From positions 5,146,001 to 5,210,000 of the forward strand of contig CM120645.1 of assembly GCA_051362555.1 (NCBI GenBank): DNA of 64,000 bases, written 5' to 3'. Source of the DNA: Lingula anatina (lineage: Eukaryota > Animalia > Brachiopoda). The translations under genes were made by a program, and so were the position numbers. Within the stretch, counting starts at the first letter, position 1. Each line of letters begins with the position of its first letter. A model generated the notes under the pieces. It did no database searches. It saw nothing but the letters and a program-made list of their open reading frames with translations, and was not told the DNA's origin. This document shows positions 1-14,500 of this stretch, piece by piece.

Positions 1-1091
1 TATATATGTTAATAAACAAAATCGAAAACCGAAATAAAATACTAATAAAAATATATCAATCACTTCATTTTTGACTAAAACATTAAAAGCAAATTGTAAT
101 TGTCTTGACAATGATTTTACTGTTTCGTGATAAGATTCCTTATACAGCTAAAACAGAAAGTCCCTTGACAGTTGCAAATGCATGCAATGGCCTGTTGAAA
201 AGAGGGGTTTTCACAACAAGTACATGTCCTTCGCCTAGCTAGTGGGTAAGTTGTTCAGAAAAACATAGTCGCCATTTATTGCTTTCTCAGTTTCATTAAT
301 TGACTTAAATAATTGCAGTAAACAATGAGGAGGAAATGCTTAAGACAAAACATTGCTGGGTCTTTGTGCAACTTTTTCCCTGAACACTTTTGATGTTGCT
401 TTTACAGGAGGACTTCCTTAGTTAACATTTAAATGTCTCCTCCCCTCAGCAGATCCAACTTGAGGAATGTACGTCAGTACACAGTAGATCAAATTTTGGT
501 TGAGATTATGAAAGGTTTGAAGGACAAAGCGATAATATGAGGGTTTTTTTTTTTTCAAGAAAAAAAATTGATTTTTTATGGTGTGTCACAATAGTTACTT
601 AATAAAGCTATACTTAAATATATTCCAGAAACATGTGAAATTAGGCTAATGACGTGATTGTACCTTAACCTGAGATATCCCTGATGAAAGCACCATGATG
701 GACACAGAAAAGCGGACTGCAAAAATAATGTCTTTTAATATCGATTAAAACATGATATGATCCATTGTTAAAATTGTATTAAAACTTTCAATATGCCAGG
801 TTCAGTAATGTCAGAATTTTGGCAATCATTTAAAACCATACTTGTACAAAGTTTACTTAGCCTTAGTTAAGTAACAACCAGTCTGAAAAAACGTCTCCCA
901 TTTTACGTGAGGCAAGACACACTCTTCACATATGATGAAAAACCATGATAAAGACCGTGTGAGAATAATACATTCCTCATCACTTTTACAAGGCAGTGGA
1001 TGAGAGCCTGTGGATAAATTACAATATACAATCAAAAGGAAATTAGCTAAGAAAGTTAACTACAGGTCAACAGTTTGCGTATCTGAAGTGG

Positions 1092-1212
1092 AGAAATAGA
1101 TATCTTTATCTGTCTCTTTGTTCAAAGCAAAGAAATAGATATCTTTCTCTTTGTTCCAAGCAAAGAAAATTTAATATATATATATTTATCTGTCTCTTTG
1201 TTCCAAGCAAAA
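1092..1212. repeat. Short imperfect tandem repeat, ~3 x ~40 bp
   Basis: The unit core TCTCTTTGTT(C)CAAGCAAA recurs three times, twice preceded by AGAAATAGATATCTTT. Confidence 0.6.
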
Positions 1213-3375
1213 TTCAATCGCACCTCCTTTTAATAAACCTTCATACTCACTGTTGATACTGTTCACAGTATATATTGAATTACACATCCTTCGCCTACAT
1301 GAAAATGTGTTTACTATATTTTCCTTTTACTTATAGATGGCACGTATGTTCAAGTGCATTCTTGTAGTTACTATTTCCCTACGCGGCAGCAATAATTCTT
1401 TCAGAGTAACAATATATTGCAACCGTCTCGGTACAATTTCATATCAAGATGCCTAAAAACTGATCAATCAGACAGAAGAGATAAATTGTTTGAAGCAAAG
1501 TAATTCATTTGCGACTCTTAAATAAGAGACTTAATTACTATGCCCCGCAGGGACAACGTGTGGGGAGGCGTGTGAGAGGCGGAGAGACTATTAAAAGATT
1601 AGGCGGTTTTTCTTTCATGTACATACGTCATTTTTAGTTCTCTAAGGTTTCTTTAAGACCAAATCTAGCCCACTAGTGTTTGCTCAGTGAGCAGGCTACA
1701 CGAAGTGTGCCAACACTCCAATGAGGTACAGCAGCCCTAGAAGTCTTGCCAACTTCTTGAGCAGTCCAAACGGCTATGCTCACCGGCTAAGCTTGTCGAG
1801 GAAAACCCCATAATTAATGAACAGTTGGGGTACTAGGCAGTGTAGCTACTGTTACAATGTGGCCTAGTATCAAGGGAATTTCTGTTTAGCTGTAGGTACA
1901 TGTATTCCAGCTACATCACTGGCCCAATATTGTTTACAAAACACATAGCCTGATATTGCAAGGATTGACTTTGCATGTAAAGCCAGTATATCCCATTTTT
2001 CTTTTTCTTATTTTAGAAATCTTCACTGAGACTAAAAACTTAAAACTTTTCACAAAACAGTCCCCAGTGTGTTTGCAAGCAAAAATGAACAAAAAGGTTA
2101 CGAAACATTCAGCACTGTAGCTGCTACAGACCTACAGTGTAAGAAAAGTATAAAGACAAGCAAGAAGTTAAAACTCGATCAACACACAATAAACAAAATA
2201 AAACAAACTACAGTAACTATAAATCACTGATAAAAGATTAGTATAAACAATAGTGTGATGTTAAGTCTCAGGTATCACTGAAGTTGGGAAAGCAAACTGG
2301 AACTATAAAACATTCATATATTTAAAATGGTAAAATAAGTTTTTCAGTGCCTTCTGTGTATGACTGTAAAAATAATATGACATTTGTGAGAGATTGATTT
2401 TTCACCTCAATAAGTCATTTGTGTGATTATCTTCCTTTGATAAAGGGACAAATGCATTGTATATTCAAGATCTGCTAAGTCTCTTCACAAATGATTTACA
2501 TTTTTACCATCAATAAAAATGCTGAAAGCAGCTGTGACAATAAGTGCAACATACGATTTAACCATTGAAGCAAAAAGTTCATAAATCAGAAACAAACAGA
2601 GTTGTACCCATTTGATATAACAAACAAACACTGGATAATTCTTTTGAAACATATTAATGATTGGTGGTGGTGGTGGTGGTGGTGGTGTGTGTTGGTGTGT
2701 GCGTGGGGGGGGGGGGGGGGACAAATCGTAAGGAGATCCTGCATGAATCAAGGACATGAAAAACATAACAAAGTTACACAATGGAAGGTGACTGCCAGAA
2801 GACCGCAATAGAAAAAGATAAAATGTATTGAATGAAGACTAAAGATATTAAATATTAATTGCATGAACAAATAGGTGAAAAATCAAGCATTTGGTCCATT
2901 TTTATGCTGTGCATTACATACCAGTAAATCTACAGTGTATATATCAAAATACATAGGGAGAATAACAACTTTTAAGTTTACAATACCCTGACTATTATGG
3001 AAGAGAGTAACATCCTTGCATATGGGGCACCTGCACTCACTGCACCAATAAACTGGAATTATTTTGATTGGCACAGGCAGTTGGAAGCAGCTTGTGAAAG
3101 GGAACAAGATATACGTTTCCTTGACAACTAGCTGGGCTAGTAAGTGTTTTGATACTGATATGTGTGAAGGGTATCAGATTTCTCTGCATGTGATAGTACA
3201 ATTATGAAATTATATAATCTATGGTAGAGACAGGGAAAAGATCAGACATGGCTTGTTTGCAACAGGAGCAATCAATAGACTGTGTGATTTTCAGAGGCAA
3301 AATAATAAGTTTTTTTAAAGCAAATGACAGCTATACTGTAGGTTAAGGTGAGCTACAGCTAGGGATTTGTTTTAA

Positions 3376-3752
3376 AGGTACATACGAACCGAGCATCGGT
3401 GGAGTGTGGATTCCCAGTAACACATGTAAACCACTTCTACTAGATTCTTATATGGCTCTAATAAATTCGACATGCCAAGGGATAAACTGAATAGATCACT
3501 CGATCAGCCATAAAAGACCTTTAGACTGCTCCTTTCTTTAAATTTATGGTTGTAAATTTAACCTACCTCCGTGACCTACTTTCCTACCCCATTGACATAC
3601 AGCTTAGAATGCCAGCAGAAAAATCTGTTAAAACATCATTTTCGGGTAAAATTAAACAATGCCTTTTGGTAATTCTCTTAGTTATACTACTTGAAACTAT
3701 ATGCTGGCATTTGGTTGGTTTTTGTGACAAAACATTGACTTTGTATGCACCT
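3376..3752. mobile_element. Non-autonomous DNA transposon (Kolobok-like MITE), 377 bp, just 3' of the NUDT5 stop
   Basis: TTAA on both sides (3372-3375, 3753-3756); termini AGGTACATAC...GTATGCACCT; a closely similar inverted copy lies at 29009-29391. A TTAA TSD with purine-purine termini fits Kolobok. Confidence 0.8.
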
Positions 3753-4050
3753 TTAATTAATGAAATGTCTTAATCAAGCTTGTCAAGCTCGAGTAATTGG
3801 CAAAAATGTTCAAAACCTGCAAGGTGCATGGCCAACCCCAGAAATGATGGCCTTGTTTCTGACCTCTTTGTCTCATTATACTGGTACTTGATAAAGATAG
3901 ACCACAGGATCTTAATTTTTTTTCATGAGGAAATGGCACAAAAACAAGTAAAATATCTTCCAGGATCTAGAAATGTTCAAGCAAATAGCTATCAAATATA
4001 TCTGCTGTCATAAAATGGCATTTGTGAACCTTAAAGTTTATTATTTTCTT

Positions 4051-5286
4051 CTATAAAACCCCTTCATGTTTTCCACCATCATGTGTTATTTCATCCTCTC
4101 CTGTAGGTTCTTCTGCTGTCTGTGACAAGGCCAGAGCATAGGTAAAAACTCTGGTATCAACTACAATATCTTTACTGGATAACTCTGAAATCAATGGTTT
4201 GAAAGAAGTATATTGTAATTGATAATTATTTTCCGTAATGAACACTGTGGCCTGATCCCTCCTTGTATAAGCTGCAATAAACTTATTATTATATATATAT
4301 ATAACCAACAAACCTGATTTGATTATGTAGGACATAATCTGATTTAAGACATAATCTGATTATCTTGAAATCTTTTCCCCCAAAATTAGAAGCATCCTAC
4401 AGATGCGGAATGAAACAAGTCATGCAGGTATAACTTGTAAGGAAAATCGATTCCTATGACATCACTAAAACTATTATCAGTTTAAGGTACTGCAACAGAA
4501 TACTCACCATTAAGTCTTTCTAGTAGCTCATTTACAGGAATGGAAATGACTTCTATAAATTCTAAAAAAATTAAACAAAAAAAATGATTCAAATTTTTCT
4601 TCCATTTAGTTTGGAAGGAAAAAGTTGGACAAAATGAGTTAATTTATTAGAAGAAATACTGGTACACTACAATTGCAAGCTTCTGTGAATTTAAAAGAAT
4701 GTCAGTAAATTTTGAAAGAAATGTGAAAGGCACAATACAGTCGCTCACAAAACTAAAAATTGAAGAAAGGTAAATTACTGAATAGAAAATTGTGAAGAAA
4801 TGCATTTGGTAATAATTCCAAGTAACATGGCAAGACTGATATTGGGAAAAGAAAAGACTGATTAACTGTGTTTGTGCCATATCAAAATTAAATGACAGAA
4901 AAAAAAATTCAGAAATTTGTGAGTCATTTGATTATTTCAATTCATACATCTTTGCACTGATTCTTGTTAACTTTATAATTACCTGAATCATCTGAGATCC
5001 AAAGCATGGCATGGAAATAAAACAGATACATGAATAAGCAGTATTTAAACTTGATATTTCTAAAGTATCAATATTCAACATAGTGCATCTTTCCTTGAAA
5101 AACAATTTCTTATCTACTTTTAAATTGGTGAACTTTTAAATAGCTAAAAGTGAATGTTGAAGTAAATGATTTAAACTTTCATAAAAATAAGAAATTCAAC
5201 CTCAACCTCATAGAACCTGCTACAGATAATGCTCATTTGCAAAATGACTGAAAATTAGACAATCTACAACTTGAAGACTTACGTTG

Positions 5287-5332
<46 letters not shown>

Positions 5333-5490
5333 TTAAATAAACAAGACATATCACATACCTAGATTTGCTTTAGGTTTTTTATTCACAGGATCATCACCAT
5401 CAATCTGCAAGAAGAATAAATTTCACCTTACAAAGCATAGCCTTGCTCTCAGCCAGGAATCAAATTTTGATATAATTATTGAAAATACAT

Positions 5491-5534
<44 letters not shown>

Positions 5535-8500
5535 GCTGAACTAAATACTGAATGCTAATTGTAAGGCTAAGTTTTAGTATCAATTAATGCAGCTGATAAC
5601 CAATTATCAAAGGTGCCACATCCATTCTGACAAGCTCTACCCTAATTAAGCAAATCATTATTGATTCTATCCTTATTTTTGATTGGCATGGACCAAAATC
5701 TTGCCTGAAACATTCAATACAGCAGACTGGGTGTCATGAATACTCTGGGGCCAGAAAACTTGTTCATGTTCTCTTAAGTTTCTGCTAAATTATCTTTAAC
5801 GTAAGTAAAAATGTTGCATGATAATTTGGAAAGTTCTCAGTTAGGTGACCAATCTCTTTTGTAAGTATACGTGTGTGTGTGTGTGTGCATGCATTCGTGC
5901 TCATTTACCTCTGCTGTCGCTATACAGACTGTACAATTTCCTATGCCAGGATCCAAACAGGTGACTGTAAAATACAATATGGCCTTTAATTACTAACCAA
6001 CTAATGCTAATACTATAATTCTAACATTATGCCAATTGCAAAATAATCATAATAATAAATTACATTAAAAATTATAGTAATTAAAAGCAATTAGCTTATT
6101 TGTGAACAGAACTGGACTGTATGTACCCATTCTAGTCAGTAAAGTATGCTGCAATGTTTGGGTAAAACCAACATTTTGGTCTTGGGTTTTCTTATCAATT
6201 GAAACTAATCCCAAGCAGACCATTTTATAACCAATCAATAAGTGCAACAGACTGGACTGTCTAGTATAATGTGAATTGGAACAGAGACATTATTGGTATT
6301 TAGCATTCTCGGCTGTGGGTGGAAATGTACTCCAGCACAAGTGATATTAACACCTCCGCTTGACAACCCTCATTTCTTTCATCAACCTATGAAGTAATCG
6401 AAATGCTCAGTAAATAAACTGCAAATGGCAAGACATTATCACTCTAGACTACTCACTGTAACACCTATGAAGTGACTTTCCCATAAAAAATATACAAAAA
6501 GGCCCAAAAGCACCCAGTATTGTTTGTGTTATTGACAATTTTAAACACACCTGGTGATATGTGTTTTATTTTGCCTGTGTACCCAGTTTCTTCCTCCAAT
6601 TCTCTGACTGCAGTCTCTTCTGGTGATTCTCCAGCATCAATCAAACCTTGAAGTCAATTAAAAAAGTTCAAGAAACTAAACAAAATAAGCAAACATTCAA
6701 AATATTTAGTTCAGATATACATACATTTTTCTCACAAAAGATAAAGGAAAAACATAAAAAAGAGCAAAACAATAATTGTCATATTGAGCGAATTCTCAAA
6801 TCAACTTGCATTTTAATTATATTTTTTTTTTCAATTTATTTCTGTACTGTTACATAGATTGTCATGACCTTGTACAATATGATATACAAATGATGATACA
6901 ATACAGTTAGTGCATTACCATCTTTATATAATGAAGATAAGTACTAGTAAAATCACTCATAGAATATTCTATCTAAGCAATGAGATAAACCTTGGTGTGA
7001 TTATAAATTTAACATAAACATAGTATAAACATGTTACACAAAAAGAATGTTTTTTTTTAAAACTTAAAAACCACCGTTACATAGCTGTTTACATGGCTGT
7101 TCAAAGCCAGTTTGATGACATTGATAATTACGATTAATGACAATTACATTACAGGTTATTATATTCATCAGTCCTGTAAGTATAAAGACAACCTATAGGT
7201 CAATCTGTTTTCCTCTCTTGTGCTATCACTGGCAAAGTGTATGGTGATGATAGCAATGCCATACGCAGGTGATGGCTATACTATGCCTGCATATATAAAA
7301 CATAAAAATCAATGACTTTTGGGAAAAATAATCTGATCATATTAATTTCAAAAGAAACCTGTCTTTTAGCAAGCAAAGTCACTCATTAAATTAAAAGTAA
7401 AACAAAAAATATGGTTTGACAGTTATAGGGTTAAAATCAGTGCTCAATATATAACACTACGTAACAGACACACCAAAGTGTCTATAATTAACAAATACAG
7501 GCTTTATAGTTTACTTAATGTGAAACCCAATTTTCATTCCAGTCTCCCAAATTAGTGAAATATCTATGTGGTCCACTCTACATCAGAGGTCTGCTGAGTG
7601 ACGACATTAATCAGCAGCAGAGAATAATACAAATAAACAACAGGCATATGTGAGAATATCTAGTGAAAAACCAGTCAGATTTCTTTTGCTCCCCAAGAAG
7701 GCATACGTGGTGTGATTGGACAGTTTTTTATATAAATGAGAATTATGAGTGTACCACATGACCAACAGATGAGTACATTTAAATAAATGGCTGCATAATT
7801 ATGCCCAGTCATAATACTGAAACGAATGAATGTTGAACTGCACAGAAGGTGTATAATTTGGTGAGTGTTCATCTTAATTTTTCTGTTTCTTCATCATTTC
7901 AACAGATCTTTTGAAAGATTGCATTTTTGATTATCAGTTTTCATGTTATTAGAAGTCAGTGTGGTCAAGACATGAACTTTCCTGTCAAAGGACACCGACA
8001 ATTCTCCCTTCTTTTCATCATTCTGTAGAATCCCTCTTGGTTATTTGGATAACCAGCAGTCAGTATGATATAATTAATAATTATTATCAGGTAGCAAAAT
8101 TCATATCAAATTATATTTAATGCTATAAATTTAAATGGAGACGGACAGATTTCACATATTTTGTAGGGGTTTTTTTCTTCATGTTTAGGTTTTATTGGGC
8201 CTGGAATAAAGGTTAATTGTTGAGTCAAAGTGGTGAATCAGATGATCACTTTTGCCTGATGTTCCCATAATGAGGAAGGCAAATCTTGTAAACCAGTTAC
8301 CAAAACTGGTCTAGACTAGTTGTATGGACAAACACCAGGGACAGTACACAAAGAAATTTTAAAAACTTGTATGTATGTAAAGTATTTATAAACAGTGAAT
8401 ATGAATAAACCGAAGAAATCAGCCAGGCATCAACATATTCATATCAATTATTAAAAAAAAAAAAAAAGTTAAAAGCTAGTCTGAGCAGAAAAAAGCATCT

Positions 8501-11500
8501 TATGAACAGCAGAGAAAAAAGTGAAAGGAGTTTCGTAAAACACCTCGAACCAAAAAAAGGACACACTCATCTCTGATGAATTGCTCATCAGAATATCAGT
8601 CTGAGAAACAAATTTGAATTGATCAGATAGTGGCGAGGACAAACCAAGACTGACAAGATGGCAGAACTTAATGCAACTTTGGCAAACAGCACCGCACTGC
8701 TAAATATAGCCCCCGAGTACAAATATTATTTATGGATAATGAACGCCATTATTTTCCTCTGTGCAGTGGTAGGAGTAACTCTGAACACTCTTGCACTTGC
8801 CGTTTTTTACAAAAGCATTGAGTACAACAAGACTTCGTACCTTCTCTTTTGTTTAGCAATCAATGACAATATATTTCTAGTTCTTCGCACCGTGCAACTT
8901 ATCATTATAAGCGTCTACCTTTATTATGCAGAAGTAAGAAGTACCACATTACTAACAAGCATAAGTGGACTACAGGTCACACTTTATTTCCTCATGACAT
9001 TACAGACCTACATTGCTGCACTTGTCTCCCAAGAACGCTACTGCTCTGTCAAAAAACTTTACAATGTACAAAGCAAAGTACCACTGACAAGAAGAGAAAA
9101 GCTGTTCCCCCTCTCAGTGGTCATTGCTGGGCTCTTACTTTTCAATGTTCTTAAGGCCCTGGATGTAGATCATTTAAAAATCGATAAGTGCACAGATGCA
9201 GCTTTCTGTCCAACATTGTTTCTAAAACAGGGACCAAACTGGAAGATATACTCGATTGTATTCAGAATTGTTTCAGAAATCCTACTTTCTGTTTTGCTGC
9301 CAGTGGGGATGTTTATGTATTACACAGTCAAGACTTTTAAGAAACTGTTCTTCCAATATCCCATGCTGCCTACCAACATGTACAATGCAGCTAAAATTGC
9401 ACAACGCAAAAAACTTCACCGTGAAATGATGAAGATTGTGATAGTAATTGCAGCATTCATGATGATAAACACTTTACTAAATTTTTCAATGCAGATCAAA
9501 TTTGTCTTTCCAACAGTAGGTCCAAGTGTCTCTCCCATTGCTATACTCTTGGTTGCAGTTTTCACTGCAGTAAACTCCTCACTGAACTTTTTTGTCTACG
9601 GCATGTTTGGATCTCTATTTAGAAAAGAAATAAAGAGCATCTGCTGTTGTAAGACATAAAACAACATATACTTTACTTAAAGCAGAAAAAAAAAACTTCA
9701 CAAAGACAAAAATGGCATGAGACAAGGATATCTCTGAGCCTTTTCATATGAAAGAAGATGGACATGAAGTTAAATGAAAACATGGATGGAGAACTACAAG
9801 GCACATCATGACTTAAACAATAAATGTGAGCTGAAAGCCATGCTCACATTCCGCTTACTTTATCTTGCATAGAAAACAGGAACACATTAAAAAGGAGACT
9901 TAAACCAGGCAATTGGGAAAAATATTAAAAAGGGTCTCCACTCACTGGCATGATGTTAGAGATAAATTTCAGCTCATGGATGGGTTCACTCCTGGCTTAA
10001 AGCAGACTGGAAACAGACCACAGTATGTCACCAGACAACAGATCATGACTGCCAACTGCCAACTCAGGATGTCAAGTTTCGGTAAGCATTAATTTTATTT
10101 TAATAGTAATTTTTTACTGTCATATATTATGAAGTAAGCATGGCTTTTATCGGACAAAAACGGATTGAAGTGCTCTCTTACGAGTATGTAAATATGACCT
10201 CCAGCTGACTAAATCAAAGAACGTAAGTACTAACTGAGAAACTGCATTTTTTAATCCTTATAAAAATATTACATTTGCCTGACAAAAATTAGAAGTCATA
10301 CTGAAAATAATTATAATTATATTTACCATATTTTACATTATTATATTTACCAGGATTTGTTTAAATGAGTCAGTGTGACGTCTTTCTTTTGGAGTTAATT
10401 AAGATTCATCATTAGGCCAGAGAGAATGTTCCACATATAACAGTGTCAAGCAGCTTTGCATTTTTAAGAAAAACAGAATTAATTAATCTACCTTATTTTC
10501 TCTCTAATTGTAATCTTTATTGATTGGGTTAGAAGAAAGATAACGTACCCATGTGGAGTCATTTTTATTTTGCCACAATTTTTAAAGCTGTATTCTCATA
10601 ATTTATATTGCTTGACATCATTGAATCAGATATGACAAGTGCATTGTTTTGCCAGTCATAAAATATGGTATAAACTGATCCCCTGAAGTTTGGCACTAGA
10701 AGGCTAGTCATATTGTCTTACTGCTTGATCTATGATCACATTCCTGTAGACACACTATTGAGAGACCCAACTCTGTGAGGAGTCTCGCTTAGTGCAATCA
10801 GCTTAACTGAATGACGACTAGATACTTATATTTCTTGCTTCATCATTTTAATTAAAACTGAAATTAAAACTGAAATTTTAGTTAAAACTGAACAATAATT
10901 ACTTTAAAAATAATACAAATCTGCCATCACCAAGACTTTCATTCAATCTCTTGTTAACTTCTCTGCTTGATGTTCATCTTACCTACTCCTACATGTACCA
11001 GATATTAAAAAAAATGCCAAGGGATGCCAATCAGAAACTATAGAAATTATGGGTCACTTCAAACTATCATATAAAAAGTCCGCTGCAATTTTTCTGCTTA
11101 TCAATCAATCCATGTCATAATTACAGAATTACAAAAGGCACCACAATGAAAACCCGTATTTCAACTTTTTAAAAAAGAAATAATGTTATGTACATGTATG
11201 CTTTCTTCTTCTCTTTTATTTATTTGTTTATTTATTTTTTTTTGGGGGGGGGGGGACGGGTCTCAGTTCAACAGAAACAAGAGGGCAAAGCTGGCAATTA
11301 TACTGAGACCAAATAGCATTAAACACTGCATCAGTTTCTTAATCAATTAATTCTGTAAAAATAATCTGATCATGCTAATTTTTGAAAGAAAGTTGTCATT
11401 ATCCTACTTGTCAGGAAAAGTTTTTATTATCCTAATTGTCAGGAAAAGTTGTTTGTGTCAGGAAGTTGTTGCCATTTCTGGCAAATAAGCAGAGATTTAC

Positions 11501-14500
11501 TTGGCTTAAATGTGTCAGACATCATGAAATCAAATTAATTGGATCGTTATTATCCTCCATTTGCCATGTCCAGTAAAACGTCTTTCCCACTTCAGATCTT
11601 AAAGACAATAAAACCCCTCAAATAAATGTTTATCTGAAGCATACCTAATGTCGTTAGTACTTTCTCTAAGCATGCTAGGTGGCAACCATTACATTTCACA
11701 CTTCCACAAGAATGAAAAATAAAATTGTCCCTTTAGGCTTCGTTCACATGGAAAGTCTATTTTCTAAAAATCTATTTTCTATTCGCGTTATTTTGTGATC
11801 ACGGTCTGTGCCCTGAATACCCCGTGGCATAATTACTGGCAGCGCGAGCCAGTTACTTCCAAAGCTGTAATTAATTCTCGGCTGCGCTCGGAGTGATCAC
11901 AAGATACTGCGAATAGAAAATAGATTTTTAGAAAATAGACTTTCCATGTGAACGCAGCCTTATACACAAGATAAGGCACTGATGCAAAGCAAATTCTTAT
12001 AAAGAGGACATGATCACATATCCATTACTTTGTTCATTTCGGAACAACTCTCCACACATTTGAAAATTCCCCACTGTCATTTTTACATTCTAGCTGCAAA
12101 GCTTAAATGATAAATTTCCCAATTCATACCTCAGAGACAATATAAAATTCTTTAAACAAAAGTTTATCTGAAGCCACATAGTAACTTCATAGCCTCCATG
12201 ATAGCTAGCAACATCCGTGTTACATAATTCTTACAGTCGGGCTGACGTCATATGTCCTAGCAACCAGCAAGTTCAACGGAAATAGGGTACGTAAAACGAT
12301 CCAAAATACATGGTTGCATTGCACTGATTTCTATGTTAAAGTTGTCAAGCTATGTCAGATGATATCATGATTCACAGTGCTTAACCACTTGTGTCAGGGA
12401 GGATGAGCTATTGATTTCCTTTGATGGCCTTTGCAATTAACGCTGCACACCTTGTTAAGAGAGGAAATCGGCCTTAACTGCTGATCCTTATTTGTGATTG
12501 GGAATCTTACAGGAGTAAATTGCTAAGACTCATTTGCTTACCTAGATTAGCATAATATTCACATCTTCTTGATGAGAACATCCTTAGGAAGCAACTGACT
12601 TAATCAAGGAAGTGTTAATTGTACTAATAACTGTGATGCTGCACTGCTGGCAAATGTGACAGGTAAATTTTGGATTGGATTATGCCAGTGCTGTTTAACA
12701 CTGAGTAAGACATACACCAGTGATACATGTACAAAAGTGATAAGGTGAAAGATTGCTGCATACCAGGCTGCACTACCAACACTTTAAAAATCTGATAGGA
12801 ATTTTTTTAATTCCAAAGATGAACAGAAAAGGGAACAACTGTTGCAGGTTGTAGGCCATGCATCTTGACAAAAGACAGGGTTGTTGATTAAAGCAAGATT
12901 TGGTCCTTGCTGCTACAAGATTTGTGTATGTGTGTACAGTTCATTTTATTACAGATAAGGAGAATGTCATTATAATTTTATTTTTGTGTGTGTGTGTGTG
13001 TGTGTGTGTTTGTGTGTTCACCATTTGTAGCAGGAATAATATAAATACAAGTTAGATAACATTTGGTTTTGACATGTGTGGCAGAATATTAATTACTGCA
13101 AGTTAAAATAGACCAATACGCCAAACTTTTTTGTAGTAAAGTTAATTGACAGCATTATAAAGAGAAAAATAAAAATCTGCACATCACTAAATTTTAAAAC
13201 CTGCTAATTTACCTACCTAAATATATTAGTTAACAAGTAAAATCTTAAAAATACTGTTTGTTATTTAATTTAATTTCAAACTTGAAACTTAACATACTGT
13301 CTTCCAGCTGCAGGCTATTTGGACAACTTTCATACCAAAAAACTGCACCGTAACATTAAAATAGTAAAGTGGTTTTGGTGTAAGTTTAATCACTGAGGAG
13401 GTGATCTCTTCACACTGTTCATTAAAAGCAATAGTAAGAGTTATGTTGGTATTTATCAGGTGTGTGCAAAGCTTGCTCCCAGTGTTTCACTGTTCTTAAG
13501 GAAATGAAAGACATTGAGAAGTCAGTTTTACCATGCTAATATATGTAATATATAATGCAGTGAAACTGTAAAAAAAGATTAACCTGTTTCACACTTTTTC
13601 CCTTGATACTTCCTCAATCTTATCATTTTAGTTACTAACAAAAAATGCCTTTTTTATTCAAAGTCTAACTTTCCAAAACTTTCAAATGAATATTTCTTAG
13701 TTATGCCAAAAAAAAAAGCACTTTTTTGTGAAAGTCTATAAATAATTTACTTTGCTTGAACTCACCCTGCAATTACAGTAACTGTAGTAAGACCTACCTG
13801 CAGGAAATTCAATGGTACAACATTTCATGGGAGGTCTGTATTGTTTAACAAGAACCACACAGTCATACTTCAGTAGCCGCTTCAACACTGGCATTATAAC
13901 AACAGCTGAAACATGCAGGAGTTGATCTATTAGAGCCCATGCAGAAGAGAAGATCCAAGGATCTTCCGATCCACGGATCAAATACGGCGGACCCTACATG
14001 AAAGGAGAGCTGACTAATCTGCTGATGGTCTCCCTTCCTCTCCACATGCGCCATTTTAAAAATGGATTAAGTTATGGCTCCAAGGTTTAATTGCTTGAAG
14101 CCTGCAAGGAAGGTGCATGTGGAGGAAGGGAAACAGTCAGTGGATTTTTTCGGCTCTTCTTTCATGTTGGGTCCGACATATTTGATCAGTGGATCAGAAG
14201 ATCCTTGGATCTTCTATTCTGTATGGGCTCTTTAATATAAATATAATGCAGTTACTTATAATCATAAGCCCATTTAGTACTTTTGCATTATGGACAGTAT
14301 TACCAAAGGAAACATCAAACTGAACAAGGCAGCAAAGCTGTCAAATGTACAGACAAAGAACAGAAAATAAAGATGCAAATAAGTGAAAAATTAAATTTTT
14401 ACAAAAAACTGTTAAATTGCCAGAAAAATTTACCAAACAGACTGCGTTGCCTATTGAAGCTGTATGTTAGACCCATGTTTCTTTCCTGTAAGTTTGAGAA

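Noticed and set aside
2485-2811. Poly-Pro / poly-Trp ORFs
   Set aside because: Produced by a (GGT)n microsatellite and a G-run; no coding signal.
3546-3773. Near-identical ORF pair (3546-3773 and 29006-29221) as a small gene family
   Set aside because: Both lie inside copies of the same MITE and one is frameshifted relative to the other.
5277-5335. Strong minus-strand donor GTAAGT after a (CT)n tract as an alternative NUDT5 microexon
   Set aside because: No AG acceptor between the pyrimidine tract and the donor; 4991-4983 has canonical sites and the expected residues.
8572-8610. CTGATGA...GAAA upstream of the GPCR as a hammerhead or C/D snoRNA
   Set aside because: CTGATGA pairs with the adjacent TCATCAG as a simple hairpin; there are no stems II/III and it is too short for a snoRNA.
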